A stretch of DNA of 32,000 nt from Okeania sp. (GTDB lineage: Bacteria > Cyanobacteriota > Cyanobacteriia > Cyanobacteriales > Microcoleaceae): contig NZ_JAYKGW010000224.1 in NCBI RefSeq assembly GCF_035285525.1, forward strand, positions 1-32,000. The letters run 5' to 3'. The notes beneath the pieces were generated by a model. It saw only the letters and a list, made by a program, of their open reading frames with translations. It was not told the DNA's origin and ran no database searches. The first letter of the stretch is position 1. Each line of letters opens with the position of its first letter. Shown one piece after another: positions 16,100 through 25,413 of this stretch. The translations under genes and the position numbers were made by a program.

Positions 16100-16262
16100 T
16101 TCCTTCCTATTCCCTCAAAAAATACTTTTTTTCTTCCTTAACTACTTCCTATTCTCTGTTCTCTATTCCCTCAAAAAATACTTTTTTTTCCTAACTATTC
16201 TCTGTTCCCTATTCCCTACTATTCCCTGTTCCCAGTTAAGTGTTCCCAGTTAAGTGTTCCCT
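16100..16262. repeat. Heptamer-rich array; right arm of inverted pair, containing a 2 x ~27-bp direct repeat (TATTCCCTCAAAAAATACTTTTTTT)
   Basis: Direct reading. CTGTTCCCAGTTAAGTGTTCCCAGTTAAGTGTTCCC (16226-16261) is the inverse of the left-arm units. The arm ends 10 nt before the obg ATG. Confidence 0.85.
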
Positions 16263-16271
16263 AAAAAAATT

Positions 16272-17282
16272 ATGCAATTCATAGATCAAGCAGAAATTCA
16301 AGTCGAAGGTGGTAAAGGTGGCGATGGCATGGTGGCCTTTCGTCGCGAAAAATTTGTGCCTGCGGGTGGACCAGCAGGTGGTAATGGTGGCCGTGGTGGT
16401 TCAGTGATTTTAATGGCCGTTGCGAATCTGCAAACATTGTTGGACTTTAAATTTCAGCGCGTCTTTAAAGCAGAAAATGGTAAACGGGGTGGTCCGAAAA
16501 ATATGACTGGAGCAGCAGGAAGCGATCGCTTAATTGAAGTGCCTCCTGGTACGATGATTTATGATGCGGAAACTGAGGAATTATTGGGAGATTTAGTTAA
16601 AGCGGGGCAAACTTGTTGTGTTGCTCAAGGTGGTAAGGGTGGTTTAGGAAATAAACATTTTCTGAGTAATAGTAATCGCGCTCCGGAATACGCTTTACCT
16701 GGTTTAGAGGGTGAAGTGCGAATGTTGAGATTGGAGTTAAAGTTATTAGCTGAAGTGGGAATTATTGGATTGCCGAATGCAGGAAAGTCTACTTTAATAG
16801 CTGCTCTTTCTGCTGCTCGTCCGAAAATTGCTGATTATCCTTTTACTACTTTGGTGCCAAATTTAGGAGTTGTCAGAAAACCAACGGGAGATGGTACTGT
16901 TTTTGCAGATATTCCTGGGTTAATAGAGGGTGCTTCTGCTGGTTTAGGTTTGGGGCATGAATTTTTGAGGCATATTGAACGGACTAAGTTACTGTTGCAT
17001 TTGGTTGATATTACAGATATTAACCCAGAGGAAAATTTTGAGACTATTCAAAATGAGTTGAAAGCTTATGGGCGATATTTAGAAGAAAAGCAACAAGTTT
17101 TGGCTTTAAATAAAGTTGATGCAGTTGATGTGGAGAGTGCTGAAGTACAGGAGCTGGTGAATAGGTTTAGGGAAATTTCTGAGGGAAAAGTTTTTCTGGT
17201 TTCTGCTGTTGCGGGTATTGGTTTGGAAGAATTAATGCAGGAAATTTGGCAGTTATTAGATATGGAAACAATTAACAATTAA
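16272..17282 (+). CDS. obg: GTPase Obg/CgtA
   Basis: MQFIDQAEIQVEGGKGGDG is followed by glycine-rich Obg-fold repeats (GGNGGRGG, GGKGGLGN). G-domain motifs are GLPNAGKST, DIPG and NKVD. I prefer ATG 16272 to the upstream alternative start at 16254, which lies in the repeat. Confidence 0.93.
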   Translation: MQFIDQAEIQVEGGKGGDGMVAFRREKFVPAGGPAGGNGGRGGSVILMAVANLQTLLDFKFQRVFKAENGKRGGPKNMTGAAGSDRLIEVPPGTMIYDAETEELLGDLVKAGQTCCVAQGGKGGLGNKHFLSNSNRAPEYALPGLEGEVRMLRLELKLLAEVGIIGLPNAGKSTLIAALSAARPKIADYPFTTLVPNLGVVRKPTGDGTVFADIPGLIEGASAGLGLGHEFLRHIERTKLLLHLVDITDINPEENFETIQNELKAYGRYLEEKQQVLALNKVDAVDVESAEVQELVNRFREISEGKVFLVSAVAGIGLEELMQEIWQLLDMETINN

Positions 17283-17293
17283 CAATTAATAAT

Positions 17294-17752
17294 TAGGGCT
17301 TGCTGATTAGATCTAAAAGTATTCATAGATAAAAATTTTAGTCTTTTTAGAGTCAGAAAAAGTGCAAATTTTTAGGCTGTTTAGGTTCAGGTATCTTAAC
17401 ATTTTACATTAACTAGAACAAAAAAATTAAGAAACTATTTTTTCAACTACTTCTTCTGTAAATTATCTAAATTCTTACTCTTAACTAAGGTTGGCTGATT
17501 TATCGGGAACCGTAAAAGTCTTTTAATAGTAAGGAGAATCCTGCCATCCTGCCATCCAGGAGTCAGGAAAATCACACAAGAGGTAGTTAGAAGAATTATC
17601 CCTTGATTTACGGTTCCCGAAAAATCGGCTAATTATGGCAGAAAATCCTAGACTTTTTAGCTTGAGAGGCTTAAAAGCTGATACTTTTGACCCACCGAAA
17701 AATGCTCAAAAGTTTATCTGTAAAGACTTTTATCTTTAATCACCAAGCCCTA
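17294..17752. mobile_element. Composite MITE: family A element with a nested second element (TIR GGCTGATTTATCGGGAACCGTAAA / TTTACGGTTCCCGAAAAATCGGCT)
   Basis: The outer ends are TAGGGCTTGCTGATT … AATCACCAAGCCCTA. An inner inverted-repeat element sits at ~17483-17634. Confidence 0.55.
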
Positions 17753-17778
17753 ACTACTCCCTACTCCCTACTTCCTAT

Positions 17779-19170
17779 TTATCTAACAACATTAACAGCA
17801 ACAACCAAGAAGAATAAAATCACTAAAATTACAATACTTATAATCAATAAAAAAGAAATAATCGCCCACATTCTCTGATGTCTTTTAAAATCAGAAATAC
17901 TCTTCCATTCCCGACTTTTCCAAGCCCACTCATTTCCTTTAGCACCTAAAATTATTGCTGTTACTAACCACCCCATACCAGAAGTGAGAAAAATAAAATC
18001 ACTCCAAGCAAATAATCCTACCCAAACACGATTAGTTATACACCAAAAACCAGGTAATAAAAATCCACCCCAATTCCAACCAATAATTTCTGCGGGCACC
18101 TGATTAGAAGTATGAATAAGATTTTCTGATTCTACAACAGTAACTAACGATGTGTTTGTCTGTATTTCTTGATTTTTTGCCACAATATTACTAATTTCAG
18201 TTGGTGCAATAATTTCTGGAGTAGGAGGTTGTAATTCTGCTAATACTTCCTCTCCCGACTGGAAGCGATCGCGAGGAATAGGAGCCAACATTCTATTTAA
18301 AATTCCCTCAAACTTCGGACTTAATTTTAACACCTTATTCCATTGCCACTCCATTGTTCTAACATTAATTAATTCCGCAGGAACTTTACCAGTCATTAAT
18401 ACTAAACAAGTCACTGCTAAAGCATATAAATCACTATGATTTCCCACAATTCCTAACCGCATTTGTTCATCAGGAGCATAACCAAATTTACCTAATCTAG
18501 TAGCAGCATAAACAACATTATTAGAACTCTTCATTTTGTGAGAAACTTCAACAGCAATTTGTTTCACTCCACCTAAATCTATCAAAACAGGCAACCCATC
18601 ATCCGCTCGACAAATAATATTATCAGGAGCAATATCTCGATGAATAATTCCTTGATTATGTAGATAACTTAAAACTGGTAAAATTTGACGCATTAAGTCA
18701 ATTATTTCAACTTCACTAAAGAAATTACCTTGTTTTCGACGTTGATTTAGTAAAGATTCTAATGTTTGCCCCTCAATAAAATCTTGCACCAAAAATAAAC
18801 ATTTATTTTCCCGAATAAATTCCCAAAAACGAGGAATTTGAGGATGATTAATTTGATGCAATGTCATCGCTTCCCGTTGAAAAAGTTCTTCAGCTTTTTG
18901 AATAAATTCTGTACCTTGATTTCCTGGAGTTAATTGTTTTAAAACTACTGCTTGATTAAATCTACCTGTATCTTCTGCTAAGTAAGTTTTCCCAAATCCA
19001 CCTTGACCTATTTGCCGAACAACTATGTAGCGATTTCTTAATTTATTTCCTGGTTTTAATTCTCTAGATATTGTTGGAGAAGATTTTATTGCTTCTAGAG
19101 AAGTACCACAACTAAAGCAAAAACGGGAGGGAATAGGATTTTTATTTCCACAGTTTGTACAAGTAATCAT
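17779..19170 (-). CDS. Ser/Thr protein kinase with N-terminal zinc ribbon and C-terminal two-helix membrane domain
   Basis: CTNCGNKNPIPSRFCFSCG zinc ribbon. Kinase motifs: GQGGFGKTY, VLK, HRDIAPDNI, DLGG, APDE. The C-terminus GWNWGGFLLPGFWCI…WLVTAIILG plus a final hydrophobic tail forms the membrane domain. Confidence 0.9.
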   Translation of the reverse strand: MITCTNCGNKNPIPSRFCFSCGTSLEAIKSSPTISRELKPGNKLRNRYIVVRQIGQGGFGKTYLAEDTGRFNQAVVLKQLTPGNQGTEFIQKAEELFQREAMTLHQINHPQIPRFWEFIRENKCLFLVQDFIEGQTLESLLNQRRKQGNFFSEVEIIDLMRQILPVLSYLHNQGIIHRDIAPDNIICRADDGLPVLIDLGGVKQIAVEVSHKMKSSNNVVYAATRLGKFGYAPDEQMRLGIVGNHSDLYALAVTCLVLMTGKVPAELINVRTMEWQWNKVLKLSPKFEGILNRMLAPIPRDRFQSGEEVLAELQPPTPEIIAPTEISNIVAKNQEIQTNTSLVTVVESENLIHTSNQVPAEIIGWNWGGFLLPGFWCITNRVWVGLFAWSDFIFLTSGMGWLVTAIILGAKGNEWAWKSREWKSISDFKRHQRMWAIISFLLIISIVILVILFFLVVAVNVVR

Positions 19171-19268
19171 ATTTATTAACTCAAAGAAACCAGCAATAAG
19201 TCAGTTATCAGTTATCAGTACCTCGTCCAATGAGAAGACTTAAGATACTGAGTTTTCTGTTCTTAACC

Positions 19269-19389
19269 CAGGACTTACGCAAAATAACCTATTTCGTCGT
19301 TGCCAGGGACAAGGTTTACGTTTCATTTGCATAGCAAAGGAGTCCGTAAGGATAGCAATATCAAACACCCATAATTTGTTAAGTCCTGA
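19269..19389. mobile_element. MITE-like repeat, family B
   Basis: CAGGACTTACGCA … TTGTTAAGTCCTGA. The internal blocks (ATTGCTATCCTTACGGACTCC, GCAACGACGAAATAGG) match 21861-21978 in reverse complement. Confidence 0.6.
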
Positions 19390-19598
19390 TACCCTTAAAA
19401 GGCCAGGCTTGAAACCTGACTTTCTGGTTAATTGGCCTGTCAGTAGATAACTGTTAATATTATACTCTTTACAGAGAATGATTGCTACAAATGCTCCTTA
19501 ATATAAAATTCAGATGATTACTATTTTTATAATGCAAATAATAAGGATGATACCTGATAATTATCATCCTTAATAAGAATAGCATAATTAATATTTAA

Positions 19599-19799
19599 CT
19601 ATATTTTTGCAGTTTGATAACGTCTTTGTTTAATATTTATAAATGCCAACATATTATTGGTCTTTAAATACCAATTTATTTTCCTTGATAAATCAACAAT
19701 TAAGTTGATGGAAAATGGATGTCTTAAGAAAGCGATATAGGGTTTAAGAAACATTATCCACAGGGTAGTTTCTAATACTAAACTTTTGAGTTCATCCAT
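19599..19799 (-). CDS. Possible small protein (66 aa), no recognisable family
   Basis: AAGGAG lies 8 nt upstream of ATG 19799. A perfect 10-bp hairpin (19541-19569) lies ~30 nt past the stop. There is no homology evidence. Confidence 0.3.
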   Translation of the reverse strand: MDELKSLVLETTLWIMFLKPYIAFLRHPFSINLIVDLSRKINWYLKTNNMLAFINIKQRRYQTAKI

Positions 19800-20070
19800 G
19801 TATTTTTCTCCTTATATTTTCTCATCCTAAATAACAGTTTTAATCTGGGAAAGAGGCGTCTGTAAGCAGCCTTCAGCACTCTGCATTCAGAAGTGCAAGC
19901 AGAGGAATAAAGCTGAAGTTATACTGTTTCACGGCAGTAAAAAGTCATGTTTTGAGAACTTATAGACTCAAAACTTTGACACTAGAGTAATTTCAAGAAA
20001 TTATTTCACAATGAAAGTTGGAAACTCTCTGTGATATCAAATCTGGTAGTATCGGTAAAATTCTCTCTCT

Positions 20071-20179
20071 GTAAAGGTTTGGTCTCCAATTTATCGGAAA
20101 CCGCACTCTCTACAAACAAACTAAGAATTTTAGCTCTTTTCTGATGGTAGAACCTGATTCTCGAAAGCAGATTTGATAT
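20071..20179. repeat. Dispersed repeat, family C (GGTTTGGTCTCCAA… core)
   Basis: Aligns by eye with 23982-24072 (…CTACAAAC…AGAATTTT.GCTCTTTTCT.ATGG…GCAGATTTGATAT). Related cores occur at 3356-3395, 12118-12215 and 24143-24200. Confidence 0.6.
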
Positions 20180-21426
20180 GATATCCTTAATATGAATTGA
20201 TATCAGAAGGCGCGCAGTTACAGCAAATTACCAGTATAAGAATTACAGATATTAATAATTCACCAGATTTCAAGTAAATGAGGTAGAAGGGAAATGGCAA
20301 AAGCATTTTAGTGCGATTTTTCGGGAACCGTGCATTTTGCTCCCATGAATGTAACTCACACCTGGTAAAATCTGCTGTAAATTAACAGCACAGAATATTT
20401 GATAATGTCTGCACCATAAATGCGTAACACTGCATCAGTTTCTGTAACGAATTTTATAATCTGCCACTTTTTATGTTGCGCAACATTTTGTATTAGCAGT
20501 TGTCGAAAATAGCGATCGCTGACACTAAATAAGTAGCACACTTTGCGGAGCGCAAAAAGCGCACTACACTTATTCTCAACAAACGTAGAGGGTTTTAAAC
20601 CCTTAAATTTTTAGCCGATCTCTGTTCGCCAAGCATTCCCAATAATGAGAAATCCTATAGTAGCGATCGCTAATAAATACTAGATTCAGTATGAATAAGT
20701 CGGGTTTGAAGAAGGAAATCAGGAGTTTGGGCGATCGCCTGGAAATTTTTACTTCTACTCTAATTGCTACAGTAGAGATAGCTTTAAGTTTTCCAACCTT
20801 TTCGGTATTAGGAAAACTTTTTCCTGACAGCCAATTCTCTTGTTTATAAGAAGAGGTAATTATTAACAATTAATTATTAATTATTTAACTACTCATTCTT
20901 CCCTTCTACCGAAGGTATTGAAAATCACCAGAAGCGAATAGAGTGACTTAACTACCACGACTAATCCATCTGTTAATTAAGTTTTACCGCTAATTTAATC
21001 CCACTATATTGACTGAATGGAAATAAATTTTTTCTCTAGGTAGCTTCGTGACCAAACCACATATACAAATCTTCTAAACAGCTACTGAAAAGAAAACTGT
21101 TAGAAGTAACACTTTACTTATATGTAATTTTACTCTGCTACAAAGTATTGTTTTTGTTTCAGCAGTAAACTTTCTTAATTATCATCTTAATAAATATTTC
21201 GTTTTCGTCTAAGTATATATACCCGTACACAAAGGTGAGGTTTTCAACACTTGACTATTATTTACCTTTGAGAAAAATTCCACACTTCAATTTGTAGTAT
21301 TAAACTAGGAGTCAAAATTTTCTCTGGATTCTGACTCCTGGATTCTGGATTAGTACTACATTTTGACGTGCGGAATGTAAGTTTTAATATATTTAGCTAC
21401 TAATTAAAGTTAAAAGCGTTGAGAAA

Positions 21427-21710
21427 TAGGGCTGGCTGAATAAATATAGAAGCATTGATAGATAAAGATTTTAGAGTTTTTAGGTATCAAAAAGTCTGAA
21501 CTTGTAGGTTACTGAGGTACGGTTCCCGAAAAATCAGAAATTGAGCATTTTTGGCTAACTATGATATCGGGATTTAGGGAACGACCCTAGATATGGTGTT
21601 TAAAACCATGGCGCAATCGTTTTTCGCATCTATATATAGTACCTTGGCGTAAGTCCTGAATATAAGAATAACTCTTACTCTATTTCCGGCCAACTCCTCT
21701 TTCAGCAATT
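21427..21710. mobile_element. Degenerate family A MITE with other repeat fragments nested
   Basis: Starts TAGGGCTGGCTGAATAAATATAGAAG. It contains ACGGTTCCCGAAAAATC and a half family-B end (GGCGTAAGTCCTG). The right boundary is unclear. Confidence 0.35.
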
Positions 21711-21860
21711 AACAATGAAAAATTAATAATTAATAATTACTCCCTCTTAAAAGAAGGGGATTGGCTAAAAGGAAAATTTTTATTTATCCCCTTAAAGGGG
21801 GAGACTTCCAGGCGTGAATTGTTGAATGAATAATTATTGACTATAAACCCTTGATTATTA

Positions 21861-21978
21861 CAGGACTTACGCATAATCGACCAGTTTTAGGCATTTGAGA
21901 TTGCTATCCTAACAGACTGCTTCACAAACGCGCCTCGCGAGCAATGACAGAAATACGTTGCGCGTGTGTAAGTCCTAT
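21861..21978. mobile_element. MITE-like repeat, family B, inverted relative to 19269-19389
   Basis: CAGGACTTACGCA … TGTGTAAGTCCTAT, with internal blocks matching the reverse complement of the 19.3-kb copy. Confidence 0.6.
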
Positions 21979-22203
21979 ATTAACAGGACAGAAACACGCG
22001 CAACCAAGAAACCGGGTTTCTTGCCCTAATATTGTGGTTAAAACCACGAAATTTAGTTGATAAACCCAGTTTCTGCGTAAGTCCTATATTAGTTATTAAT
22101 TGTTTAGTAACTCCTATTTTTCTTAACTCTGTAAGGACATTCCATCCAACCTCCCTACGACTTCCTATCTCCACCATCAGACTTTTGTTAGCAAACCCCA
22201 AAT

Positions 22204-22305
22204 AAAGCTTTTAGCCTTTTTATATTGAAAAAAGTACTTAGTTTTTGGCTGTTGTTATGTCAAAATGATAAAATTTTGACCCTGACTACGAGAAAATTTG
22301 GCCGT
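22204..22305. repeat. ~100-bp dispersed repeat directly upstream of a + strand gene (partner at 24249-24349)
   Basis: About 88% identity by eye with 24249-24349 (AAAG.TTTTAGCCTTTTTATAT.GAAAAAAGTAC.TAGTTTTTGG.TGTTGTT…CCCTGACTA…TTTGGCCGT). Confidence 0.8.
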
Positions 22306-22442
22306 AGGACATTACCTCTGTCAAAATAGCGGTCAGGGTTTCCCTGGCTGAAGAATCCCCCATTTTCCCGTAAGGGCAACGTCGGGATTATATCAATAAA
22401 TGTCATTCAACTCCGTTTTGATTCATCTAACAACTCAAAGTT

Positions 22443-23768
22443 ATGCAAACATTCGTATTTATATGGTTGGGTCAAGTATTTTCTCTATTAGGTTCCAGTC
22501 TAAGTGAATTTGCTCTAGCAGTATGGGTATATCAAACAACAGGTTCAATTACCCACTATGCTTTATTGTCTTTATTCATTCATTTGCCTAGTATCTTTAT
22601 CTCTCCATTTGCTGGTGCGATGGTGGATCGTTGGAGTCGCCGTTGGGTAATGATTGTCAGTGACTCAATGAGTGGAGTAACAGCATTAGCAATAATGTTT
22701 TTAGTCTTCTCCGGGCAACTACAAGTTTGGCATATTTATGTAGCAGTGGGTATTAGTTCGGTTTGCAATGCCTTTCAATCACCAGCTTATATTTCTGCAA
22801 TTTCCCAACTTGTGCCAGTACAACACTTGAATCGAGCAAATGGTATGGTACAAGGTGCAATAGGAACTGCTAGAATTATTGGTCCAAGTATAGCGGGATT
22901 ATTAATAGCCAAAATTCATATTCATGGGATATTATTAGTAGACTTTAGTACCTATCTCCTAGCATTTTTCACTTTATTAACTGTCAAATTTCCTACCAGA
23001 CAACAGAAACATATAAGACGAAAAGTAAATATTAAATATTTATGGCAGGAAGTTGTTTCCGGGTGGAATCATGTGGTGGTTTCTACTGGTTTGCGCCAGT
23101 TAACAATTTTCTTTGGAGTTGTCTATTTAAGTGCAGGAGTATTGCAAGTTTTATTTTTGCCAATGGTATTAAGTTTTGCTTCGGAAAAAGAATTAGGAAT
23201 AGTGATGTCTGCTAGTGGTATAGGAATGTTATTCGGCAGTATCATGGTTAGTTTATGGGGATGTTCTCAACGTAGGATAGAGGGAATTTTATTTTTTGTA
23301 TTTATTCAAGGATTATGTTTCTGTTTAGCAGCATTAAAACCTGCTGTTATTGTCATTGGAATGGGTGGTTTTGGTTATCTATGTTCCCGGGCAATTATTG
23401 TTAGTTTGAACCATACTATTTGGCAACAAAAAGTACCTCAAAATTTACAAGGACGAGTATTTGCTTTGCAGAATATGATGGAAAAGTGTTTGTTAGTAAT
23501 TACTCACCTGAGTGTGGCGCCTTTAGTACAGTTTATGTTTAAGCCTTTGATGAGTGAAAATGGTATTTTAGCAAGTAGTATCGGCAGAATTATTGGAGTT
23601 GGAGATGGCAGAGGAATGGCTTTGTTATTTGTATTGATCGGTTTCTTGAATATTGGAGCAGTATTAACTGCCTATCGTACTCCAGAGTTGCGACGGGTGG
23701 AGAAAGAATTGCCTGATGTTGAGAGATTGAAAGTCGATGATACTGAAGGTTTTATCAATGCAGGATAA
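22443..23768 (+). CDS. MFS transporter (EntS/MFS_3-like efflux type)
   Basis: 441 aa with ~12 hydrophobic segments. An MFS loop-2/3 signature-like GAMVDRWSRRWVM is present. Confidence 0.8.
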   Translation: MQTFVFIWLGQVFSLLGSSLSEFALAVWVYQTTGSITHYALLSLFIHLPSIFISPFAGAMVDRWSRRWVMIVSDSMSGVTALAIMFLVFSGQLQVWHIYVAVGISSVCNAFQSPAYISAISQLVPVQHLNRANGMVQGAIGTARIIGPSIAGLLIAKIHIHGILLVDFSTYLLAFFTLLTVKFPTRQQKHIRRKVNIKYLWQEVVSGWNHVVVSTGLRQLTIFFGVVYLSAGVLQVLFLPMVLSFASEKELGIVMSASGIGMLFGSIMVSLWGCSQRRIEGILFFVFIQGLCFCLAALKPAVIVIGMGGFGYLCSRAIIVSLNHTIWQQKVPQNLQGRVFALQNMMEKCLLVITHLSVAPLVQFMFKPLMSENGILASSIGRIIGVGDGRGMALLFVLIGFLNIGAVLTAYRTPELRRVEKELPDVERLKVDDTEGFINAG

Positions 23769-23981
23769 TTCTTCATTAATGGATAATTGATAATGGATAA
23801 TTGATAATTACCTATCCTTAAAAGCTATCTCTTATAAAGTTTTAGCCTTATTTGGGTTTGTGGCAAAAAAAAGTGCAAGTTTTTAGGTTTGAGTGAGCAG
23901 AAAATTAGAATTTTCGGGTAGACAAGTACATAAAAATTAAGAGAAAATTATTCCTATCAATTTGTCTGTCTTCCCCAGAAT

Positions 23982-24072
23982 TGAAGAGCGTAGGGGTTTG
24001 GTCTCCAAACCCTCTACAAACTAGGAATTTTCGCTCTTTTCTAATGGCAACCTTATTCTCCAAAGCAAGCAG
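23982..24072. repeat. Dispersed repeat, family C
   Basis: GTAGGGGTTTGGTCTCCAAACCCTCTACAAACTAGGAATTTTCGCTCTTTTCTAATGG…GCAGATTTGATAT. A second inverted core lies at 24143-24200. Confidence 0.6.
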
Positions 24073-24209
24073 ATTTGATATTAGGGATGGGTTCCTTCCT
24101 TCTCAGATTTCCCAAAGTTTCTGACACTCTGTTTTTTCGCTAAACCCTACTTGGGTTTGGTCTCCAAACCCCTACAGTTTTTTCTCACAAATCATTTATG
24201 ATTTTTAAA

Positions 24210-24349
24210 TAGGGCTTGCTGAATAAATCTAAAAGCTTTAATAAATATAAAGTTTTAGCCTTTTTATATCGAAAAAAGTACCTAGTTTTTGGTTGTTGTT
24301 GTCTTAAAATGATCAAGTTTTAACCCTGACTATCAGAAAGTTTGGCCGT
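24210..24349. mobile_element. Family A left end fused to the ~100-bp repeat also seen at 22204-22305
   Basis: TAGGGCTTGCTGAATAAATCTAAAAG, followed by the shared 100-bp segment. No family A right end is present. Confidence 0.45.
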
Positions 24350-24398
24350 GACAAATAGTCTAAATTGTTCCCTACTCCCTACTCCCTAATAGATAATA

Positions 24399-25235
24399 AT
24401 GTACAAAACTCAAGCAGCAGATACAACAATAGAAGCTGAAAAAATCTGGTTTAAATTGATAAGCAAAATGCCTATAGAAACCAGAATTATGCAACATCAT
24501 AGAGCATCTATTCAGTCACAACAAATTTGGTGGGATTTATTTAAACAGGAACGTAAAAATTTAACAAATAAGCAATTAAAAATAGAGTATATCAAGTTAA
24601 TATTAGGAGAAGAATATTGTTTAATAAATAAATTAATTGATACAGATTTTATGATTATTTCGGAAATAGATTTAGCTATAAATATTGGGAAAATATTAGA
24701 TGATTTGTACATTCCTTATTATCTAAGTGGTGGTCTTGCTAGTTCTTTCTGGGGAGAACGGAGACAAACAGAAGATGTTGATATGGCAGTAATTTTAGAA
24801 CCAGAAAAAGTACCACAATTAATAGCAGCTTTATCAACAGAATTTTATGTTAGTGACATTGCTATAGATGATGCTATGAGTGGTCGTACTAATACTTTTA
24901 ATATTATTCACTTGGCATCCGTCATTAAGGCTGATATTTATTCTATTCAACAATCAAATAATTTTGATTTTTCCGCAATATCGCGCCGTCAACAAGTGGA
25001 ATTATTTTCCACAAATCAATTTATTTATATTGCTACTCCTGAAGATATTGTTTTACAGAAATTAAAATGGTACAAAATTGCAGATGATTATTCTCAAAAA
25101 CAATGGCGCGATGTATTAGGAATCTTAAAAGCTAGACAACAAATATTAGATTTTGACTATTTGAAATTATGGAGTAATTATCTACAATTAACGCCAGAAT
25201 TAGAAAAGGCTTTTGATGAAACAAACTTAACTTGA
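24399..25235 (+). CDS. Pol-beta-superfamily nucleotidyltransferase-fold protein, function unknown
   Basis: SGGLASSFWGERRQTEDVDM fits the minimal NTase signature G[GS]-x13-DhDh. The downstream ATPEDIVLQKLKWY…QKQWRDVLGILK pattern is one I have seen in cyanobacterial NTase-like hypotheticals. Confidence 0.5.
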   Translation: MYKTQAADTTIEAEKIWFKLISKMPIETRIMQHHRASIQSQQIWWDLFKQERKNLTNKQLKIEYIKLILGEEYCLINKLIDTDFMIISEIDLAINIGKILDDLYIPYYLSGGLASSFWGERRQTEDVDMAVILEPEKVPQLIAALSTEFYVSDIAIDDAMSGRTNTFNIIHLASVIKADIYSIQQSNNFDFSAISRRQQVELFSTNQFIYIATPEDIVLQKLKWYKIADDYSQKQWRDVLGILKARQQILDFDYLKLWSNYLQLTPELEKAFDETNLT

Positions 25236-25291
25236 TATTGCTAAACTAAGGAAACTCTATTGGGATGTTCAAAAAATAGATATTGACTAAT

Positions 25292-25359
25292 TTCTTTCAT
25301 GCCAAAACCTGTGTATTTTCTTACCTCTGGTTCGTGGAAACCCAAGACAATATCTTTTT
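25292..25359 (-). pseudogene. xisI 3'-terminal remnant (last ~20 codons)
   Basis: The reverse strand reads KDIVLGFHEPEVRKYTGFGMKE, against KDIVLGFHEPEVRKYTDFGMK-stop in the intact copy at 28262-28597. The rest of the gene is deleted. Confidence 0.8.
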
Positions 25360-25413
25360 GCTATATATAGCAATCTTTCGGAACGGAAATATTTGATAAC
25401 TTTCTAATATAAA

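Noticed and set aside
15551-16262. Diversity-generating retroelement, because the four-helix-bundle protein is Avd-like
   Set aside because: There is no reverse transcriptase ORF and no template/variable repeat pair with adenine-specific mismatches anywhere in the window.
17066-17878. ORFs 17066-17278 (antisense in obg) and 17687-17878 (+ strand across the MITE end and kinase 3' end)
   Set aside because: The first is a shadow ORF. The second is repeat-derived and overlaps the kinase gene.
20356-22201. ORFs 20356-20541, 20603-20869 and 21980-22201 in the ORF desert
   Set aside because: None has an SD or a recognisable motif. They span HIP1 sites and MITE sequence. They may be relics of a decayed gene, but I cannot support a call without a homology search.
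22300-22442. Possible riboswitch-like structure upstream of the MFS gene (ACCCTGAC/GTCAGGGT stem; AATCCC…CCC-GTAA-GGG…GGGATT)
   Set aside because: The 5' half belongs to a dispersed repeat also found at 24249-24349. There is no match to the guanidine, ykkC or other riboswitch consensus sequences I can recall. This is too weak.
24512-25065. ORFs 24512-24712 (-) and 24880-25065 (+) within the NTase-like gene
   Set aside because: Shadow or out-of-frame ORFs in AT-rich coding sequence.
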